DNA of 64,000 bases from Octopus vulgaris (Eukaryota), in NCBI GenBank assembly GCA_951406725.2, contig OX597822.1, positions 1,240,001-1,304,000 on the forward strand. Reading direction: 5' to 3'. How positions within the stretch are numbered: the stretch's first letter is position 1; each line of letters begins with the position of its first letter. Below, piece by piece: positions 58,758 to 64,000 of the stretch. The notes beneath the pieces were generated by a model, which was not told the DNA's origin, made no database searches, and was given only the letters and a program-made list of their open reading frames with translations. A program made the position numbers and the translations under genes.

Positions 58758-59609
58758 ATATATATGTACAAAGTAAGATATATATATAAATATATATGTA
58801 TGTATATATAGACGTACGTATATATATATATATATGTGTGTATATATATATGTGTGTACATAAATATATACCTATATACATATATATATATATACACACA
58901 TACATACATATATATACATATATATATATATATGTGTGTGTGTGTGTATATGTATATATACACATGTATGTATATACATATATATATAAAACATAGTAAG
59001 TAGAAATAGCCATGTTCTCATTTATCTGCCATTCTGCCATTTTCCACTGTTGAACAAGAGAAAGAGCTCCCAGTGTTACTGTGATAAGACACAGTAACTC
59101 GTAGAAGACTTTTAATATATACAATCATTCCTCAAAGGATGTTATGGAAAACTTTATTATTAAAAAAAAAATGAAATTTGAAGTGCTTGATGCCTTCTTA
59201 CATATTTTTCTCATAGTTTCGTAGATAATGAGGGAAACCACATGAGTTGCTGCAACTTTCAGTAGTTGTGATTAAAAACAACAAAAGGAAAATTTAGAAA
59301 CTATCTTTATGTTGAAAAGTATTATGCGCACACGTTCTGTCACTTCGTTTTTATTCTAGCTTCTGTAGACTCGAGATTTCTAAAATGGCTTTGCAGTTGT
59401 AATCTGGAATTCTTCTCTTTTTTTCTGTCTTCTTTTATGTATGAGGTTTTTTGAGTCAATATTACTATCCTATTGTGTAAGAAACGGCTAGAAAATAAAC
59501 AGAACTACAAGCGTGAACAGGAATTAAACATAGAAGAAATGGTTTCAATCCTAAGCTGAATACACTTCGCTTCATATATGTTGCTCGTGTTGTTCTTATA
59601 AGACTTAGT

Positions 59610-59805
59610 TAAGGCGGTGAGCTGGCAGAATCGTTGGCTTAGCGGCATTTCTTCTGTCTTTATGTTCTGAGTTCAAATTCAGCCGAGACCCACTTTATCT
59701 TTAATTCTTTCGCGATCGATATAATAAGCACCAGTTGCACATAGGGACGGTGTACTCAACCCATCCCTTTTCCTGAAATTGCTGACCTTGTGCCAAAAAT
59801 TGAAA
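59610..59805 (+). mobile_element. SINE family B, degenerate
   Basis: aaggcggtgagctggcagaatcgttgg ... gagttcaaattcagccgag ... aattgctgaccttgtgccaaaa. Confidence 0.75.
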
Positions 59806-60250
59806 TATAAACACGCATCCACGCACACACACACACACACAGATATTCGCCCATTATCCATATCTATTTATTATCTATGTATATATAACATGCTACGTTT
59901 CTGAAAACTTCACGTTAAATAACTTTTGGCTAGATCTCAAGTGGAAAGTTTGATAGATATTATCCACAAGTTTTGGAAGAAAAACATTTAAGTTCTCCTT
60001 ACTTGTCTGAAAAGACTGCAATTTTACCTCTAGTTGATAGAACTCAGGTAAATAAAGAAATTTTGCTAATGCCAAAATCGTTGCGAAGAATTGTTGAGCA
60101 GATTAGTTCGTTAGAATGTTACTATATACTATATGACAAGCTTTCAGTTGTAAAATAAATAATAGCTTTAAATGTAGATAGAATCTTTCAAGGGGAACAA
60201 ACATAAATGTATTTATTCAGGACATGTACACCGAGACTCACTGCCTTCTG

Positions 60251-60286
<36 letters not shown>

Positions 60287-60705
60287 CAAGCGTATAAATA
60301 CACAGGCTCATATATGTGTGCATATAGCCGGATATACATACCCAGTATATATGCACATATATCTGTACATGTATCTGTACATGTCTGTATACATGTGTGT
60401 ATGTGAGCGTATGTATGTAAATATATGTTTATCTGCATGTATGCATGAATGTATATCTGTGTGTATGACGTGTGTTTGCCACGTTTATTCTGCTAGTCAA
60501 TGAAAACTAAATAGACAAGTGTTAGAAAAATACAATCAACACAAAATGGATGTAAGGACAATTGTGGAATCTTGCCAAAAGAATCGGCCATCTTGCTACA
60601 GTGACTCATTGGATTTATCTTAGTTTTAAGCATACATACTGTGTCTAAGTAAGCAAACATGCATTTCACATTAACGCGCACGCATATATGTATATATACA
60701 TATGC

Positions 60706-60800
<95 letters not shown>

Positions 60801-60833
60801 ACACATACACACATACACACATATATATGCATT

Positions 60834-61138
60834 TATGGGTACAGGACGTCAACAAGAGGAAACAACATGAAATACGAAAACAATGAGTTCAATACGCAAA
60901 CAACGAGAGAAACAAATGGAAAACCGGATAAGTAACATAAAGAACGTCCCTTCATCAGTTGTCGGCTGTCTATGCACTCCTGCTCAAAATGAGTCGTAGA
61001 TAGACAGCTGACAACTGATGAATGGTTGTTCTTTATGTTACTTGTCCCGTTTTCATTTGTTTCTCTCGTTATTTGCGTATTAAACTCATTGTCTTCGTAT
61101 TTCATGTTGTTTACTGTTGGTGACGTCCTGCACCCTTA
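60834..61138. repeat. Hairpin element, ~140-bp diverged arms, ~25-nt loop, between (TA)-rich tracts
   Basis: ttcatcagttgtcggctgtctat / atagacagctgacaactgatgaa; gggtacaggacgtca / tgacgtcctgcaccc. Confidence 0.92.
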
Positions 61139-61202
61139 TATATTATATTATTTATATTATCATTTGATTGAGCACCACGCATACATTTCCAAGTAAGTTT
61201 GT

Positions 61203-61262
<60 letters not shown>

Positions 61263-61528
61263 CATGTATGTATGTATGTATGTATGTATGTATGTATGTA
61301 TGTATAGATTGTTCGGTATGGTGTACAGAAATTGAATGAATATTAAGAAAAAGATTCGTCAGAATTTTGGAAAAAAAAATCTTTTTATTTCCTCATTATT
61401 ATTAGGGTCTTCGTCCGTTTCTCGAACTTGTCAAATAGAATGTTGTGAAGGCACAAACAGCTGGCATTGGAGTAGATAGATAGAAATATAGGGAGGTAGA
61501 TAGGCTGATAGATAAATAGATTGGTAGA

Positions 61529-62683
61529 TATGTTTCTTTATTAGCCACACAGGGCTGTACACAGACGGGAGAGATTACAAAGTAGAGCTTTTGTTTTTGG
61601 CGAGAAAAAAAGTGGGATAAGTTTTCGATCAAAAGGGATCGTAAAAGTGAAAAGAAAAAAAACGATCAATAGGGATCGTGTATCACATAAATGTCATGAT
61701 GTAAAGAGTAAAGGGGGAATCAGATAAGGTTTATCCGTGGAAAGAAAAGCCTACGGAAAAGACGACAGTAACTTCGGTCATGAATGTCACATGTTAACAC
61801 ATTTATTTGCAAGTAAGTAACCCTCTGTTTTAAATTTTTCCGGGTTCATAGGATTAGTCTCAAGGTGGCTTCGTCATTCATACGTGCCATCTTTGCTACA
61901 TTCACCAATCTTTTTTTTAATCATCCGCTTGACAAAACTTGCCTCTCTACTCTCACTCTCCTTTTCAAGTGATACTTGAAGAAGTTGATGTGAGATTGAC
62001 CAGAGAGGAAAGTGTTAGTCTCTAATCCTTTCAGGCGCGTCCACCAGATACATTCTTTCGCCATAGCCACAAGAATGATGAAAATAGCTCTTCCTTCCCG
62101 CTTGAAGGAAGGAGGCCTGCCAATATTGATGACAGACTCGGCTGATAAACCGACTCGTCCCACATGTGACAGCAGTCGTTCGACATAGGCTCACAGGTCC
62201 GAGATTGCTGGACACTGTACGAGTTCGTGCAGAACGGTTTCGTCGCTCTGACCGCATCTCGGGCAGGTCGGCCCCGTGTTTCTCGAGCCATGCCTATAGA
62301 GCTTATCCCGAACGGGTAGCGCTTCTCGGTAGCACTGCCAGGCCAGGGATCTCTGGAAGTTGTCCATAGGTCCCGGCCCGAAAGTCGTTTCTGAACAAGG
62401 CGGGTCAGGTATTCCTCGTCGACGTCCAGGTTCGCCCTGAGTTCGTCGTCCCACCTCCCATCCACTAATTCCCTATAGAATGCTTTGGTTGTGTTGAGGA
62501 CGCTCAAGTTCGACCCGGGGCGGCAGAGTTGCTTGAGAGCAACGCGACACTCGCGGTACCATTCGCCTTCTTCGGCCTCTTTTTGATCCACGACTGCATT
62601 TCGGTAATGGGGACGAGTTGTGGGAAAGCGTGCCTCACAAACGGCGACCACACCTGTTCACCGTCGTCTACGTAGAGCCTATT
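61529..62683 (-). mobile_element. Tx1/L1-clade LINE, 5'-truncated 3' fragment (ORF2 zinc knuckle and 3' UTR)
   Basis: Frameshifted FQRSLAWQCYREALPVRDKLYRHG..TCPRCGQSDETVLHELVQCP (zf-RVT-like CCHC) and ILVAMAKECIWWTR. AATAAA near the 3' end. Confidence 0.85.
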
Positions 62684-62690
62684 GGTAGAC

Positions 62691-62743
<53 letters not shown>

Positions 62744-62783
62744 CATACATACATACATACATACATACATACATACATACATA

Positions 62784-63312
62784 CATGGTGGCTGCCCCCT
62801 CGTTATCGAGTATGGCCATTGTGCGAAGCTTAATCAATGTTGTTATCGTGCAATGCCTGTGCAAGAAGGTGTTTTTTAAAGTGCGGAAAGGCTGTGCACT
62901 GAGTCAATCCCACTCACTAAGCAACAGCAGCCATAATACGAAAAGAAGAACAAGTCAGCATCATCGGTAACCACTAAGCCGCAGGTTTTATGTCGGAGTT
63001 ATCCCAGTTACCTGAGTTACCTTCTCCTAGAAGGATGCCCTAACAAAGGCTAGGAGTCCTTCACTCCCAATGGTTTAACCGCGCGATCGGGTATTCTGTC
63101 CGATTATTTCTATGTCCCCGCGCATGATACAGCCTTAAGACATTTATTGGATGGCCGTTGATTCTCAAGAGTTCCTCCGCCCTTGGTGTTCAATAAACAC
63201 CCTCCTCACCAAGCGAGCTTGGTGGGGTTGCCAGTTTAGTCGCCGACGACCCGACTATCCAACAGGTTGTACTGGGTTACATGTTACCAGTAGCACTCGA
63301 AAGTGACCTGAC
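62784..63312 (-). mobile_element. Short non-autonomous (bipartite) RTE-related element
   Basis: The last ~45 nt match the RTE 3' end at 32700-32744. The 5' part has RTE-5'UTR-like motifs (ggcaaccccaccaag..ggtgaggagggtg; gggcatccttctaggagaaggtaactc). No ORF. (ATGT)n on both sides. Confidence 0.7.
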
Positions 63313-63348
63313 ATACATACATACATATATACATACATACATACATAT

Positions 63349-63379
<31 letters not shown>

Positions 63380-63396
63380 CATACATACATACATAT

Positions 63397-63427
<31 letters not shown>

Positions 63428-63464
63428 CATACATACATACATACATATATACATACATACATAT

Positions 63465-63495
<31 letters not shown>

Positions 63496-63570
63496 CATAC
63501 ATACATACATATATACATACATATATATATACATACATACATACATACATACATACATACATACATACAT
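63312..63570. repeat. (TACA)n microsatellite with recurring TA interruptions
   Basis: Seen directly. Confidence 0.95.
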
Positions 63571-63853
63571 AGACAGAGGGAGAGAGAGAAGGAGTATCCC
63601 ACTTCCATTTCACTGCTTATTTATTTATTTATCTAAATATAACTCGAAGAGAAAAAGAAAGAAAGAGGAAAAAGAGGGAAATAGGGGAAAAAAGAGAAAA
63701 AAGGAGAAATAAAAAAAGAGGGGCGAGAGAAAGAAAGCAATAAACCTTTCAGTGATGACCACACCACACCATCCTTAAACCCATTCCAATATAATGATAA
63801 ATGACTAAATAATTCTCTCTCTTTTTCCCTCTTTCTACCTATCTATCTGTCTA

Positions 63854-63936
<83 letters not shown>

Positions 63937-64000
63937 ATCTACATGGAACCTCACCCCCAAAAAACAAAACAACGTTCTCTTCTTAACAACCCCCCAAACA

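Noticed and set aside
59900-60110. LNNFWL..YPQ..SPYLSE fragments resembling a hAT dimerisation domain
   Set aside because: Too decayed and spread over frames to support a call.

Overview
This is AT-rich, extremely microsatellite-dense eukaryotic non-coding DNA. The SINE families and the repeat landscape point to a coleoid cephalopod, most likely Octopus (inferred from remembered repeat consensi, not from a search). No host protein-coding gene is recognisable; nearly all ORF-track entries are translated (TA)n, (CA)n, (TATC)n or (TATG)n tracts. The only long real coding region is a young, GC-rich, 5'-truncated RTE-clade LINE (54361-56956) with a single homopolymer frameshift. The window also holds fragments of CR1-like, Tx1/L1-like and older RTE LINEs, a bipartite non-autonomous RTE element, dozens of tRNA-derived SINE copies in about four families, a fold-back mariner derivative (3 copies), and Helentron/Helitron-like, Tigger-like and hAT-like remnants. 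The most notable signal is a set of short non-coding elements inside (TA)n tracts that form long hairpins or inverted duplications and/or carry minimal hammerhead-ribozyme-like motifs. One ~190-bp family has 3 copies (two in tandem) with a variant core CUG(U)NGA...GAAAC-GUA and a loop-less ACGU stem III. These look like non-autonomous Penelope-like/retrozyme-type elements. Coordinates of degenerate repeats are approximate.
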